Shown here one piece after another: positions 10,956 to 21,892 of a DNA stretch of 64,000 nt. Each line of letters begins with the position of its first letter. Within the stretch, counting starts at the first letter, position 1. Source of the stretch: an uncultured Planctomycetaceae bacterium (GTDB lineage Bacteria > Planctomycetota > Planctomycetia > Isosphaerales > Isosphaeraceae); NCBI GenBank assembly GCA_963833985.1, contig CAWIAD010000002.1:2016001-2080000 (forward strand), written 5' to 3'. A model generated the notes under the pieces. The model was not told the DNA's origin. It did not search any database and was given only the letters and a program-made list of their open reading frames with translations. The translations under genes and the position numbers were made by a program.

Positions 10956-12229
10956 CTAATCGATCCACCGCGGATAGAACTGCCCGGGCAGGAGGGCCCT
11001 GGCGGCCGACTTGTCAACCAGGCTCGGGATGATCTCCAGAACGATCTCCCTGATCGACCCGCGCGCGCCGAAGAATGTCCCTTCCAGGCCCTTGGCCAGC
11101 GCCCGGCGCGAGCCTGACCCGTGAGCCCCTCGGTCGAGCGAATCAAGGCGCGTCCATATCGGTCGCCGATCGTCTCCCTGACTCGAATCCGCGGCTGGAA
11201 TACCGCGCCGCAAGACCAGTCGTAAGGGTTCGGCATGTCGAACTCGAAGATCCGGTGCAAGGCATAATACAGGGCAACTCCACTGCCCGGATCGGCTTCC
11301 CCCTCGGCAATCCGCCGCCGGACCGCCTCGATCGAAGCCACGTCAAGCGGGACGTAGTCGCCGCGATCGAACCGGGTGCGCGACGCCTGAGCGGCGAGCA
11401 CGGCCTTGAGCGTGCTGAGAGCGAGGCGGTCTTCACCGGCGAGTACCTCGCCCGCCGCGCGGAGCAGCAGGGACTCCTGAAGCGACTCGCCGCGGAGCTT
11501 CGCCCGGGCGATCAGCGAGTCGACCGCGGCCGGGGCGATCGCTGCGGTGTGGAGCTCCAACGGGGCTTGGAACTCGTCGAGCGCCCGACGGCCATCCAGA
11601 TAGGCCAGATAACCACTCAAGTCCGACGGGTCGGCAGCGCGTATTTCGGCCACACAGTCGGAGTAAAATCGGGAGATGAAACGGGGATCAATCTCCGAGA
11701 GTCCGGTGACCAGCTCGGCGGCCCGCAATTCGCCCTTGAGCGCCTGCGCCCGGTTCAGCGCCGCGCGGAGCCGTCGGCCCCGCTCACGCAGCGGCGCGAG
11801 ATAGTTCCAGTACGCCTCCGGGGTCTGGAAGGCATCGCGGTATGTCGTCCGAGCGTAAGGCCGACCATCGGCCAGCGCCAGGACGACCGTCGGCACCGAA
11901 GCGATTCCGTACCGCTCCTGAAGCTCCTCGTACCGCCGCTTGCGATCCGGTGGGATCAGGCTCCGCGCCGGCAGGTCAATATCGACGAGAACGAACGTGT
12001 CGCCCGCCCGCTCGATAAACTCGGCTCTGGAAAGAATCCGCTCCTTCAGCCACTTGCAAGGTGCACACCAGTCGCTGCCACCAAAGTCGATCAGGAGGTC
12101 TTTTCCCTGCGCCTTTGCGGCGGCTCGCCCCTCTTCAAACTCCAGGCACCGCGGCTCCCCGGCCTGGACGGACGGGAAGAAGGACCCTGCCAGGGCCACC
12201 AACAAGACCAAGCGGCGACCAGACTTCAT
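10956..12229 (-). CDS. Secreted thioredoxin-fold protein (WCAPC); frameshift near the C-terminus (~11103)
   Basis: Signal peptide MKSGRRLVLLVALA; LLIDFGGSDWCAPCK; the C-terminus continues in the frame of 10956..11213 (ALAKGLEG...PRWID). Confidence 0.75.
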
Positions 12230-12246
12230 GGCGACCTCCCAGCTAG

Positions 12247-14246
12247 CCCATGTTTGGGGTGAGATCGCCTTCCGCGCGACTGCTGCCACGCATAATTCCT
12301 CTATTTTCCAGGGGTTGGCGAGCGGCATACCCGTTTTTTTCCGAAAAGTGTAGTGACAATATCGACGCGATTACTTCGGAATTTACCTTGATTTCGCCTT
12401 GAAATCGGCGCGTTCCGTCGTGATACTTCACGACATGTACCTGAGAACCATAAAAGTCCGGTCGTCCAGCGGTGCGCTGAACGAGTACGTCCGCGTCGTC
12501 GAAGCCTATCGCGACAACGGTAAGGTCAAGCAACGCACCGTGGCCGATCTGGGACGCAAGGACCTGCTTGCGGAATTGTTTCCCAAGCTAAAACGCTTGC
12601 TCGGTCAAGATGTCGAGTCGGAGTCCGCTGGGGACGAGGATCTCGACATCCTGGACGCTTCCACCTGGGGGCCGGTCCTCGCCGTCCGGGCCTTGTTCGA
12701 CCAACTCGGGCTCTGGACCATCCTCGACGAATCACTCGGCAAAGCCAAAGGCGTGCCGTTTACTGACCGGGCCTTCGTGCTCATTGCCAATCGCCTGATT
12801 CACCCCGCCAGCGAACACGGCTTGGCGGGGTGGCTGGAGACCGACTTCGTCTGTGATCGCCAAGGCCGCCGTTTTGTTCCTCGCTGGCACCAGCACAAGC
12901 GGGTTCGCGTCGACTTTCGCCAACTGGAGTCCTGGTACCGGACCCTCGATCAACTCGTGGACGCCAAGGAACGGATCGAGGTGGCTCTTTATCACCGCCT
13001 TCGCGACCTGTTCAGTATCAAGCCGGACCTGGTGCTCTATGACATCACGAGCACCTACTTCGAGGGAGCTGGACCGGCCAACTTCGCCAAGCATGGCTAC
13101 AGTCGGGACGGCAAGCCGCACAACGTCCAGGTGATCGTCGGAGTGGTGATGGTGGGCGGCTGGCCGATCGCTCATCACGTTTGGGCCGGCAACGAAGTCG
13201 ACCACCAGACCGTGCAGAAAGCCATTCGTGATCTGCACCAGCGATTTGGTTTCAGCCGCCTCGTTTTTGTCGGCGATCGAGGCATGATCACCAATGACAA
13301 TCTGGAAGCGATCACTGGCGACAAGCATGGCTATCTTGTGGGCGTGAAGCGAAGGCGGAATGCAAAGTTGACCAAGTGGCTGGCTGCCCTCGACGATGCC
13401 AAGTGGATTTCTTGCCCGGTAGGGATCACCGCCCGGGAAAAGACCAATCCACCGCGCACTCGGGCGCAAGAGGTGCCGTCAGGAGTTGAAGGTTTGCGGA
13501 TAATCATCGTCGATTCCGACGAGCGCCGCGAATACGAGCAAGCCATGCGTCAGAAGGCCATGGAGCGGACACATCAATCGCTCGAGAAGTTGCAGGGGCG
13601 TGTGGCGGCAGGGAAGTTGAAACAGCCCGAGAAGATTGGCGCCGCAGCCGAGCGCCTCCTGCAACGAAACCATGGCTATCGTTACTATTCGTGGGACCTC
13701 GACAAGGGGATTTTCCGCTACTTTGAGAACACGAAGGGTCTGACCAATGAGCAGGGAATCGAAGGCAAGTATGTGATCGCCACGAGTGAAGCAGCGCTCA
13801 GCGTGCTTGAGGTCGTGGCGATCTACAAGGACCTGAGCGATGTCGAGCGCGGGTTTCGCCAGCTCAAGGACGTGCTGGCCATGCGGCCGATTTATCATCA
13901 GATTGAGGAACGAGTAAAAGCACATATTTTCGTAGCTGCACTGGCATTACTGGTCCAGCGGCTATTGCACCGCCGACTTGAGCACGCTGGGATAGATTTC
14001 TCTCCAGAGAGGGCGATGCAAGCTCTCTCCACGCTCCGGGTGGTGACCCTCCGTCTCGACGATCAGCCCGAACGGCAAGGAGTCAGTGGAGGCTGCCCCG
14101 ATGCGCGGCGGGTCCTGAAGGCGCTGGGCTTAACCGAGCTCAGGCCGCCAGCACCACCGGAAGACGAAAAAACCGTGATGTAGTGACAATCTGAAAAATC
14201 GCCCCTTGCGCCGCAAGGACTTAGGGCGACCCACCCCAAACATGGG
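12247..14246 (+). mobile_element. Insertion sequence, IS1634-family-like, 2000 bp
   Basis: Terminal inverted repeats CCCATGTTTGGGGTG (from 12247) and CACCCCAAACATGGG (to 14246); CTAG at both 12243-12246 and 14247-14250; single transposase. Confidence 0.9.
12435..14183 (+). CDS. IS1634-family DDE transposase
   Basis: YVRVVEAYRDNGKVKQRTVADLG N-terminus; LYDITSTYFEG, HGYSRD, VGDRG, YKDLSDVERGFRQLK, RPIYH. Confidence 0.9.
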   Translation: MYLRTIKVRSSSGALNEYVRVVEAYRDNGKVKQRTVADLGRKDLLAELFPKLKRLLGQDVESESAGDEDLDILDASTWGPVLAVRALFDQLGLWTILDESLGKAKGVPFTDRAFVLIANRLIHPASEHGLAGWLETDFVCDRQGRRFVPRWHQHKRVRVDFRQLESWYRTLDQLVDAKERIEVALYHRLRDLFSIKPDLVLYDITSTYFEGAGPANFAKHGYSRDGKPHNVQVIVGVVMVGGWPIAHHVWAGNEVDHQTVQKAIRDLHQRFGFSRLVFVGDRGMITNDNLEAITGDKHGYLVGVKRRRNAKLTKWLAALDDAKWISCPVGITAREKTNPPRTRAQEVPSGVEGLRIIIVDSDERREYEQAMRQKAMERTHQSLEKLQGRVAAGKLKQPEKIGAAAERLLQRNHGYRYYSWDLDKGIFRYFENTKGLTNEQGIEGKYVIATSEAALSVLEVVAIYKDLSDVERGFRQLKDVLAMRPIYHQIEERVKAHIFVAALALLVQRLLHRRLEHAGIDFSPERAMQALSTLRVVTLRLDDQPERQGVSGGCPDARRVLKALGLTELRPPAPPEDEKTVM

Positions 14247-14633
14247 CTAGTCCGATGATGGTCGGACATGCATCGCTCGTCCCTTCGGTCCGGGCTCGGA
14301 CAATTGTTTTAGTCCAGCCGGCACATCGTGCCGGTTCTAGTGCAACCGCGGAAATAACCAGGCAAAATGCTGCGGACGGGGCCATGGCGGGCCCTGGAGC
14401 GTAAGTAAGTGATCAGGAGTCGATTTGGCCCACGAAGGTCTCCAGACTTGTTCTCTGTTCCTCACACCTGAGCTTTTTCCACGGCAGAGGAGAATGATCA
14501 TGCCGATGATCCGTGATGGCTTCGATGCGATGGAATGCCCCGGCATCCTGAGAAGCCGGGGCTCCGAATCCAGGAGATTGAAAGGTGGCACAGATCCTGC
14601 CGCAAAGCTTCTCGAAAGCCGGTGCCCATGCCC

Positions 14634-14833
14634 CTATCTCTCGTAATGGTCTCTTTCGACGCCGTCGAAAAAAGCCCGTGTTTCGGCAGCACCGCTTGAA
14701 CAGCCGCCCACTACCGCACGGGCATGGGTCGTTGCGACCGAGCTTCTCTCTCAGTTCCTTGTCACCGTGGACGACCCTGCGGCCCCGCTTGACATGGGTT
14801 TCGCTAAGGGTAGCCTCGGCGCCGCTTCGACAT
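14634..14833 (-). CDS. Small SEC-C metal-binding protein; two apparent 1-bp insertions
   Basis: [20 protein letters not shown]; removing one base near 14806 and one in the A-run near 14670 gives [17 protein letters not shown]...[11 protein letters not shown]. Confidence 0.7.
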
Positions 14834-15128
14834 GGATTCAAAAGGAGTTCCCGTCTTCGTTCAAGTCGGGTCGCATGGTCCACCTCCTCTGGCAGAGATC
14901 GAATCGGTAATCTGAGGGAAGAGGTGCGGTACGCACCGTCCCCGAGGTAGACAATGTGAGGCTCGCCGAAGTTCGTGGCATCCGCTACGTCTCCCAACAC
15001 CAGGAGCTGCCGTTTCCCTGCTTCCTCCGTCTGCTCAGGCTGCCCTTGCAGGGTGTGCCGGGCCTTTGGGCTTTTGCTTATGCAAGACTACGAGGCGATT
15101 CAGCCTCCCAACCGGAGAGCTCATTGAC

Positions 15129-15662
15129 GTGCCCACGTTGAACATGCCCCTCATTCTCCATGGCATCCTTGAAGCGTATGTCCTTCCTTGGGATGGCGAT
15201 CACGGGATTGCGCACTCGGCGCGGGTTCTCGAAAACGGGCTGCGGATCGCCGAGGAGGCCGGAGCCAGCATCGAGGTCGTGCAGCTCTTCGCCATCCTCC
15301 ACGACTCCCAGAGAATCAACGAAGGTGGAGACCCCAAACATGGTCCACGAGCTGCCGCCTTCGCCCTGGAAGTGCGAGGGCTGCTGTTCGACCTGCCTGA
15401 CCACGAGTTTCGCCTGTTGCACCGCGCGTGTTCGGGGCACACTCACGAGCGGTCTCATCCCGATGTCACGATCCAGACCTGCTGGGACTCCGATCGTCTC
15501 GACCTTGGTCGGGTGGGCATCACCCCGCACCCAGGTCACCTTTGCACGGAGGTTGCAAAGCGGCCAGAGATCATCAGGTGGGCTGACGACAAGGCGACCC
15601 TTGGCGTCGTCCCGGAATTCGTCAAAACGGCATGGGGCATCGATCTTTACAGCAACCAGTGA
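15129..15662 (+). CDS. HD-domain protein
   Basis: HGIAHSARV...AILHDSQR...HG...CWDSDRLDLGRVG; start codon uncertain. Confidence 0.8.
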   Translation: MPTLNMPLILHGILEAYVLPWDGDHGIAHSARVLENGLRIAEEAGASIEVVQLFAILHDSQRINEGGDPKHGPRAAAFALEVRGLLFDLPDHEFRLLHRACSGHTHERSHPDVTIQTCWDSDRLDLGRVGITPHPGHLCTEVAKRPEIIRWADDKATLGVVPEFVKTAWGIDLYSNQ

Positions 15663-15670
15663 TGGATGAG

Positions 15671-15946
15671 TCAGCATCCACACGACCTCGGACGGCGGGC
15701 TCTGGAGCAGCAACCAGGGAGCACGGCTGCGAGAACAGCCTGGTCGAACCTGTCTTGCCGCAGATCCTCAGCCGTGATTGAAGTGTCCTCGATCACATCA
15801 TGGAGCAGCGCCACGATCTTTGCCGGTTCATCCGCCACGGCGCTCATGACTCGGAGTGGGTGAAGGATATAAGGCTGACCGTCCTTGTCCTCCTGCCACT
15901 CGTGAGCTCTGGCGGCGATCTGCAAGGCCTTCTCGATGGATGCCAC
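15671..15946 (-). pseudogene. Truncated RelA/SpoT-hydrolase-like (HD_4/Mesh1-type) protein
   Basis: GGAGG RBS + GTG; ALQIAARAH..Q.DKDGQPYILHPLRV...LLHDVIEDT; similarity stops after AVLAAV and the KxADR motif is missing. Confidence 0.7.
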
Positions 15947-16103
15947 GATGTCCTCCGCAAGTGATATGTCAGAATGCGTCGATGTCAGGATCGACTTCAC
16001 CGGCCGGGTGGCGCTGCGTGCCGGGATGTGCCTGGCCAGGGTCGTGTTCGGGTCGCTCTCGAGCGAGAGGTCCTGTTATTCTCACTGTCACGTAGCCAGG
16101 TGC

Positions 16104-16724
16104 TTATCCGCCTCGGCGATGATCGAACGGGACCAGTTCGCTCGTCCCGGTGTCGAACAAGGCGCAGCAACCATTACACACCGCCTGGACCGCCACGAAG
16201 TAGCGCTGTGCGGCATCCAGGACGACTGGTCGATCTCCCGACCATGGCTGAACACCCTCTGGGTTCGCCAGCATCCAGTGATGGAAATGCCCGACAAAGA
16301 TGAGCCGGCCCGGGACCGCTGCGAAGCTCCGAGCCAGTTCTGCCGGCGTTTCAGGAAACCCCTCGAAATACCACAAATCCTCGATCAGCTCGGGGTTCAG
16401 CCAGGGTTCGACGTGGCTGAAATGACAGCCGTCAAGTTCCAGGCGGGGCTGAAGGCCACCCATGAATGCCAGAACAAGCTCGCTATACCTCTGCCGGTCT
16501 TCGGTTGTCGGATTGTCCCGGCAGAGACCGAAGTCGTGGTTGCCCCAAACGCCGATTGCACCGGCCTGGGCGAGGAGATCAATGGTCTCCTCCAGGCGGG
16601 GTCCCGTCTCGAACACGTCACCGAGGAACACGATGCGGTCGGACCCCTGCTCACGGAGGACATCAATCGCCCACCGCAGGTGACTCACGCTCTCGTGAAC
16701 ATCTGCCAGGATTCCGATCCTCAT
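16104..16724 (-). CDS. Calcineurin-like metallophosphoesterase
   Basis: ILADVH, FLGDV, GNHD, FSH, GHFH motifs. Confidence 0.85.
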   Translation of the reverse strand: MRIGILADVHESVSHLRWAIDVLREQGSDRIVFLGDVFETGPRLEETIDLLAQAGAIGVWGNHDFGLCRDNPTTEDRQRYSELVLAFMGGLQPRLELDGCHFSHVEPWLNPELIEDLWYFEGFPETPAELARSFAAVPGRLIFVGHFHHWMLANPEGVQPWSGDRPVVLDAAQRYFVAVQAVCNGCCALFDTGTSELVPFDHRRGG

Positions 16725-17035
16725 AAGGCACTCCCGCAATGCATCGAGCAACAGGAGAGAAACGCCAGGAGTTCCGTGTGGAATGCTGCCGGATCAGGCT
16801 GTACGGGGCACACAGGCAAGCAAAGCAAGGACCTGCCATGCAGCCTTCCAGTGTAGCCTTCCCATGCAACCTCTGTCAGGATCCGAGGAGCCTGGCCGGC
16901 GGCAACACGATCGCGAGGGCAGCGCGGCTGCTGCCGACTGACGAGCATCCGGAGGCCGTGGGATTTTGCGGTGAGGTTGCCGGCGCGGTCCGCCCTCATG
17001 CGAGAAACTTCCTTGTCAAGCACGTATCGTAAGCC

Positions 17036-17455
17036 CAATACCGTTGAAATAGAGTTAACGAAAAGGGGCAAGAGGCTTGCGACAGACTTGTTCCCACGCT
17101 CTGCGTGGGAACACCGCTCGGGACGCTCTGCGTCCCATGGATTTCCCAGCCTCAGCACGGGCCCAATCGACGCGGAGCGTCGCAGACGGCATTCCCACGC
17201 GGAGCGTGGGAACGAGGAACAAACATACAAAATTATCTACGCTATAAAAATGCTGTGATATGTGAGAGTCTTGTTCCAACGCTCTGCGTGGGAACACCGG
17301 TCGGAACGCTCTGCGTCCCATGGGTTTTCCCGCCTGAGCACGGGCCCAATCGACGCGGAGCGTCGCAGACGGCATTCCCACGCGGAGCGTGGGAACGAGG
17401 GACAAACATATGCCTGCACTCAATTGATCGCTATTTCAATATTTCAACGGTATTG
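17036..17455. mobile_element. Non-autonomous MITE-like element (420 bp) with REP-like cargo
   Basis: Perfect 16-bp TIR CAATACCGTTGAAATA / TATTTCAACGGTATTG; 10-bp direct repeat ATCGTAAGCC at 17026-17035 and 17456-17465; no transposase. Confidence 0.9.
17087..17410. repeat. Two ~141-bp tandem units (period 183 bp) built from REP-like palindromes
   Basis: Each unit: GTTCC(C/A)ACGCTCTGCGTGGGAAC, GG(G/A)ACGCTCTGCGTCCC, CGACGCGGAGCGTCG, TTCCCACGCGGAGCGTGGGAAC; units at 17087-17227 and 17270-17410. Confidence 0.9.
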
Positions 17456-17712
17456 ATCGTAAGCCTGTCACCCCCCGGGGCGTAGCGCCAGAAACATGAC
17501 TCGCATCGACCGTCCTGCCTGATGGAACTCGCCGGCTTGCTGGTTGGCAGGGGCGGGTTCGCATGGAGACCGACCAGGCGGCCTCAGTGCTTGCAGTGTT
17601 GATCGCTTGCCAAAGCAGATGAGCCGCTCAATAATAAAGCGATTCCTTTCGTGACGGAACGTCCCGGTCGATTGCCGCAAAGGCTGGCGTACTTGCACGG
17701 TCAGGGGGACGC

Positions 17713-18420
17713 ATGAACCTCGTTCCCATGAACTTCTACTTGATCTTCATCGCAGTCGCGGTGCTGATGGTCGTCATCTCGATTGCCTCGGCCATCGCCA
17801 GGGCGCACCGCCGGAGGGAGCTCAGGGGGTTCGCCTCGAGCCAGGGCTGGCTGTTCGCGGCAGCGCGTGACCAGCGGCTCAGGGAGCGATTTCCCGAGCT
17901 CGGCTGCCTGAACCGGGGCGAGCCACCGCGCTATGCGTTCAATCGCATGAGCGGTACGACCGGCGACCGGCGGTTTCTCGCCTTCGACTATCACTACCAG
18001 GAATCACACACCGACAAGGACGGTGCGCGGCACGTGAGGCACGTCGTTTTCTCGGCCGTGATGATCGCCAGCCGCGTGCCCCTGAAACCGCTGCTCGTCC
18101 ATCCCGCCTCGGTGATCGACTGCGCACTCGGGTTCCTGGGAAAGTCCCGAGTGGAATTCGAGTCGGCCGAGTTCAACCGCGAGTTCTCCGTGAGCAGCCC
18201 CGACCGGCGCTGGGCTTTTGACGTGATTCATCCCCGAACCATGGAGTTCCTGCTCGGCTCTCCACGTTACTCGATCCAGTTTGGCGACGGAGTGGTCCTG
18301 GTCTGGAGGAGCTCGACGTTCAGCCCGCGCGAGTTTGCTGAAGCGCTCGAGCTGGGAACCGGGCTGTTCGATCGCCTGCCGGATTACCTGCTGGAACAGC
18401 AGCGTTTGACCGTGAGTTGA
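17713..18420 (+). CDS. Membrane-anchored conserved hypothetical protein (DUF3137-like), upstream of LemA
   Basis: N-terminal TM helix; VEFESAEFNREFSV...HPRTMEFLL. Confidence 0.65.
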   Translation: MNLVPMNFYLIFIAVAVLMVVISIASAIARAHRRRELRGFASSQGWLFAAARDQRLRERFPELGCLNRGEPPRYAFNRMSGTTGDRRFLAFDYHYQESHTDKDGARHVRHVVFSAVMIASRVPLKPLLVHPASVIDCALGFLGKSRVEFESAEFNREFSVSSPDRRWAFDVIHPRTMEFLLGSPRYSIQFGDGVVLVWRSSTFSPREFAEALELGTGLFDRLPDYLLEQQRLTVS

Positions 18421-18421
18421 A

Positions 18422-19024
18422 GTGAGGCAACGCATCATGGCGGAGCTACAGAGCGTTGACGTTCCCTGGCCGCTGATCTTCCTTGGGGTGATCGGCGTGC
18501 TGCTCCTGTGGTTGATTATCAACTACAACCAGCTCGTGCGGTTGCGCCTGCACGTGGCCGAATCGTGGTCGGGGATCGACACGGAGCTGAAGCGGCGCCA
18601 CGACCTGATTCCCCGCCTGGTGGAAACGGTGAAGGGCTATGCCCGGCACGAGCGGGCTGTCATCGAAGCCGTTCTTCAGGCCCGCGACCAGGCGGCGAGC
18701 ACGCCAGGCTCCCCGCGCACACAGGCCGCGGCCGAGAACGCGCTGGTGCATGAGATGCGCATGGTTCTCGGGGTCATCGACCGGTATCCGGAGCTGAAAG
18801 CGGGCGAGCATTTCCTGCGGCTCCAGCACGAGCTGTCGAACACGGAGGACCGGATCCAGGCTGCCCGCCGGTTTTACAACGGCAATGTCCGCGACCTCAA
18901 CACCTGCATCGAGGGCTTCCCGTCGAACCTCCTCGCCCGCTGCCTGGGCGTGCAACGGGCCGAGTTCTTCGAGGTCGAGGCCGCGCTGGCCGCGGACTCG
19001 CCGGCGGTGTCGGCAACCCGGTAA
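18422..19024 (+). CDS. lemA: LemA family protein
   Basis: YNQLV..WSGIDTELKRRHDLIPRLVETVKGYA.HE; YPELKA; TEDRIQAARRFYN; FPSN. Confidence 0.9.
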   Translation: MRQRIMAELQSVDVPWPLIFLGVIGVLLLWLIINYNQLVRLRLHVAESWSGIDTELKRRHDLIPRLVETVKGYARHERAVIEAVLQARDQAASTPGSPRTQAAAENALVHEMRMVLGVIDRYPELKAGEHFLRLQHELSNTEDRIQAARRFYNGNVRDLNTCIEGFPSNLLARCLGVQRAEFFEVEAALAADSPAVSATR

Positions 19025-19143
19025 CAGGACGTCCCCCGGGCACGCAGGCGACGCGTGTCCGGAAGGAAGCTGGCGGAACAGGGTTTGAGATGCGGGAGCA
19101 CGGACCGCGGACCCATCGTCCCGGGATCATCCTTGCCGATAGC

Positions 19144-20140
19144 TCAGTGCGAGGCTTCCGGCTCGGTGAAGATGCTGGCCGCCGGCAACGCCCGGCGCAT
19201 CGAGCTCAGGCCCGCGTTGCTGACCCGTGTGCCGCACAGGTTCAGCACCTGAAGCTCGCTCAGCGTCGTGAGGTGTTGCAGGCCGGCGTCGCTGACCTGA
19301 GTCTGGCTGAGGTCGAGCGCTTGCAGACGAGTGAGCGCGGAGAGGGTCTTGAGGCTGGGGTCGCCCACGCGCGTACGGGACAGGTTGAGCGACCAGAGTT
19401 TCGTCAGACCGCGCAGACGGGTGATACCCAGATCGCCGACCCGGGTCCCTTGCAGGTTGAGCTTGCGAAGGTCGGTCATTTCTTCCAGGTGCACCAGGCC
19501 CGCGTCGCCCGCCACGGTCTGCTCGATGTCGAGCAGGCGAAGTTCCTTCATGCCTTCGAGATGAGCCAGGCCGGCGTCGCTGATGCGCGTCCGCGCCAGT
19601 CCCAGCTCGCTGATCCGGGTCAGGCCCGCGATCCGTGCCAGCCCCTGGTCCGTCACCGCGGAGCCCGTCAGGTAGAGCCAGCGGAGCTCGGCCAGACCGC
19701 CCAGGTGATCAAGTCCCGCATCGCTGATCCCGGCGCCACGGAGCGAGAGCCGCTGAAGCTTGACGAAGGACCGCACCGCGGCCAGTGCACTGTCGGTCAC
19801 GCGCGGGCCGTCGAGGTAGGCCGTGACCACGGGAGCCCGTGGATCGTCGCCCGCGCGCTCGATCGTGCAGCCGATCGCGCAGGCGAAGGATTGCCATGGG
19901 AGCGTCCGGAGTTCCGGCCCGGTCCACCAAAGCGGCCGATTCGGCTCGGGCCGCCTGCTCCCGGACCGAAGCACTGTCCGGGGCACTAGGAACCGGGGTC
20001 GCGGACCCGGCGGAGCAGCCGGCCGCGGCCGCGCTCAGTGCCATCAGCAGGCGGAGCAGAGGGCGCGGGTACGCTTCAGCGAGGAAGCGGTTCGCGCCGG
20101 CGGTGCTGCGTCGACGATCGCGCTCAATCCTCGTCCGCAC
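19144..20140 (-). CDS. Leucine-rich-repeat protein, probable lipoprotein; frameshift ~19880; start uncertain
   Basis: 24-aa repeats LxxLxLxxTx(V/I)xDAGLxHL; N-terminal LLRLLMALSAAAAGC lies in another frame (19709..20140). Confidence 0.75.
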
Positions 20141-20978
20141 CTTTCAGGTCCACTTCTGCAAGGCCCATCTGCTTGGCGATCCTGGAAAGCTGGTCTCGAA
20201 CCTCAACCATGTCTGCCGGGCGATTGTCGGGTCTGGACTGGAGGCAGCCGATGATCAGGGTGTTGAGGTCGTTGGGGATGCGCGGGTTCAGCTTGTTCGG
20301 AAGGGTGACCTTCCGCTCATCGCCCGGCTTGGGAATGGCACCCTGCACGAAACGGCCGGTGAACATGCGATACATCGTGGCACCGAAGTTGTAGATGTCG
20401 GTCTTCTGGTCGACCGTTTTCTCGATGGCCTGTTCCGGGGCCATGAACTGCGGGGTGCCCTGGATCCGGTCCTTGTTCTGGCCGCGGATCCAGGCGGTGC
20501 CGAAGTCGATGAGCTTCACCTGGCCATTCTTCGAGAGCATGATGTTCTGCGGCTTCAGGTCGCCGTGGAAGACGCCCCGGCGGTGCATGTGCGCCAGAGC
20601 GCTGGCCACCTGGCCGAAGATGAGCACGAGCTGGCCGAGCTCCGGCGCCTCCACCTCCTCGAGGCTCTTGCCGTCCACGTACTCCATGAGCAGCTCGCAG
20701 CCGGTGACCTTGAACCAGGACTTCTTCTGGCGGAAGTCATAAACCTTGGCGATCGTCGGGTGGTTCAGCTTCTGGGCGGCCTCGTACTCGGTCTTCGCCT
20801 GCTGGACGTAGATCTCATCCTCGGGCTCCTGCTTGCGAATGATCTTCAGCGCGTAGCGTTTGCCTCCGGAGGTCTTATCGCTGATCAAGAAGATCTTGCT
20901 GCCCGCGCCTTCGCCCAGCTCGTTCACGACGCGGTATTTCATTGAGGAGAGCTTGGGCGTGCCTGGGACGTTCGCCAT
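20124..20978 (-). CDS. Ser/Thr protein kinase
   Basis: LGEGAGS, YALK, HGDLKPQN, DFG, GTPQFMAPE, TDIYNFG. Confidence 0.92.
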   Translation of the reverse strand: MANVPGTPKLSSMKYRVVNELGEGAGSKIFLISDKTSGGKRYALKIIRKQEPEDEIYVQQAKTEYEAAQKLNHPTIAKVYDFRQKKSWFKVTGCELLMEYVDGKSLEEVEAPELGQLVLIFGQVASALAHMHRRGVFHGDLKPQNIMLSKNGQVKLIDFGTAWIRGQNKDRIQGTPQFMAPEQAIEKTVDQKTDIYNFGATMYRMFTGRFVQGAIPKPGDERKVTLPNKLNPRIPNDLNTLIIGCLQSRPDNRPADMVEVRDQLSRIAKQMGLAEVDLKGADED

Positions 20979-21126
20979 GGAGAGCCTCGTTCGATCGATT
21001 CCTGGTTGAGCCATCACTTGCACAAACACGTCGTCGGGTTTCGCCCGGGCGATCTTCGGCCCATCATGGCCGGCTCGTGGGCCACCGGCAACGGCGTCGC
21101 TGATCCGTCCGGGCGGGTTCATTGCA

Positions 21127-21701
21127 TCAATTGAGGATCTTCACCAGCTCCACCTCGAAGATCAGGTTGGACTTCGCCGGGATCTTCTTCCGCTCCTGTT
21201 CCCCGTAAGCCAGCTTGTAGGGGATCCAGAGCTTGCGCGTCTCGCCGACCTTCATGCCGGGAAGTCCCTCCTCCCAGCCGCGGATCAACTGCCCCGTGCC
21301 GATGGCGACCTTGTACGGGTCGCTGCGGTCGCGAGTGCTGTCGAAGACTGTTCCGTCCTCGAGCTTTCCAACGTACTGGAACAGGGCCACTTGCCCGGGC
21401 TGGAGCGCATCGCCGGTGCCCTCCTTGAGCGTTTCGTACTTGACTCCGTTCTTGGTGACCTTGGTCTCTCCCCTGGCCGTGGGCAGGGCGGGCGTGAATG
21501 CCGGCTTGGCGGAGTCTCCCGTCTTGGGCACGATGGCCAGGGTTTCGCCCTGCCCTGCGCCGGGTCATTCACGTCCGGGGCCGTCCGGGGAATGACCGTT
21601 CCGGGCGGGGTCGTGGCTGTGATCTGCTCGGGGGCGTCACAGCCCAGAAGGGCCAGGACAAGCCCTAGACATCCCCGGGTTATTCTCTGCCATGAGCTCA
21701 T
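21127..21701 (-). CDS. FKBP-type peptidyl-prolyl isomerase, lipoprotein; frameshift ~21553
   Basis: YVGKLEDGTVFDS, LIRGWEEG, GMKVGE, LAYG, IPAKSNLIFEVEL; signal peptide LALLGC in the upstream frame. Confidence 0.85.
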
Positions 21702-21892
21702 CACGTCTCTCCCACCTGAGCTGACGCAAACCAGAGGAATGGATGGAACGTCGGCCCGGCCCACGAAAGCGGGGACCGCCTCATCGCCGCGCGGAGGTTG
21801 CTGCCGCCAAGATGCTCCATTATGTCACGACCGGGCGGGAATCGACCAGATCTCAGCTCTCGGCTCCGAGGTTTTGACGCATGTCCGGGCTG

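Noticed and set aside
17087..17410. CRISPR array or coding ORFs
   Set aside because: Intervening segments are near-identical between units; the ORFs are translations of palindromes.
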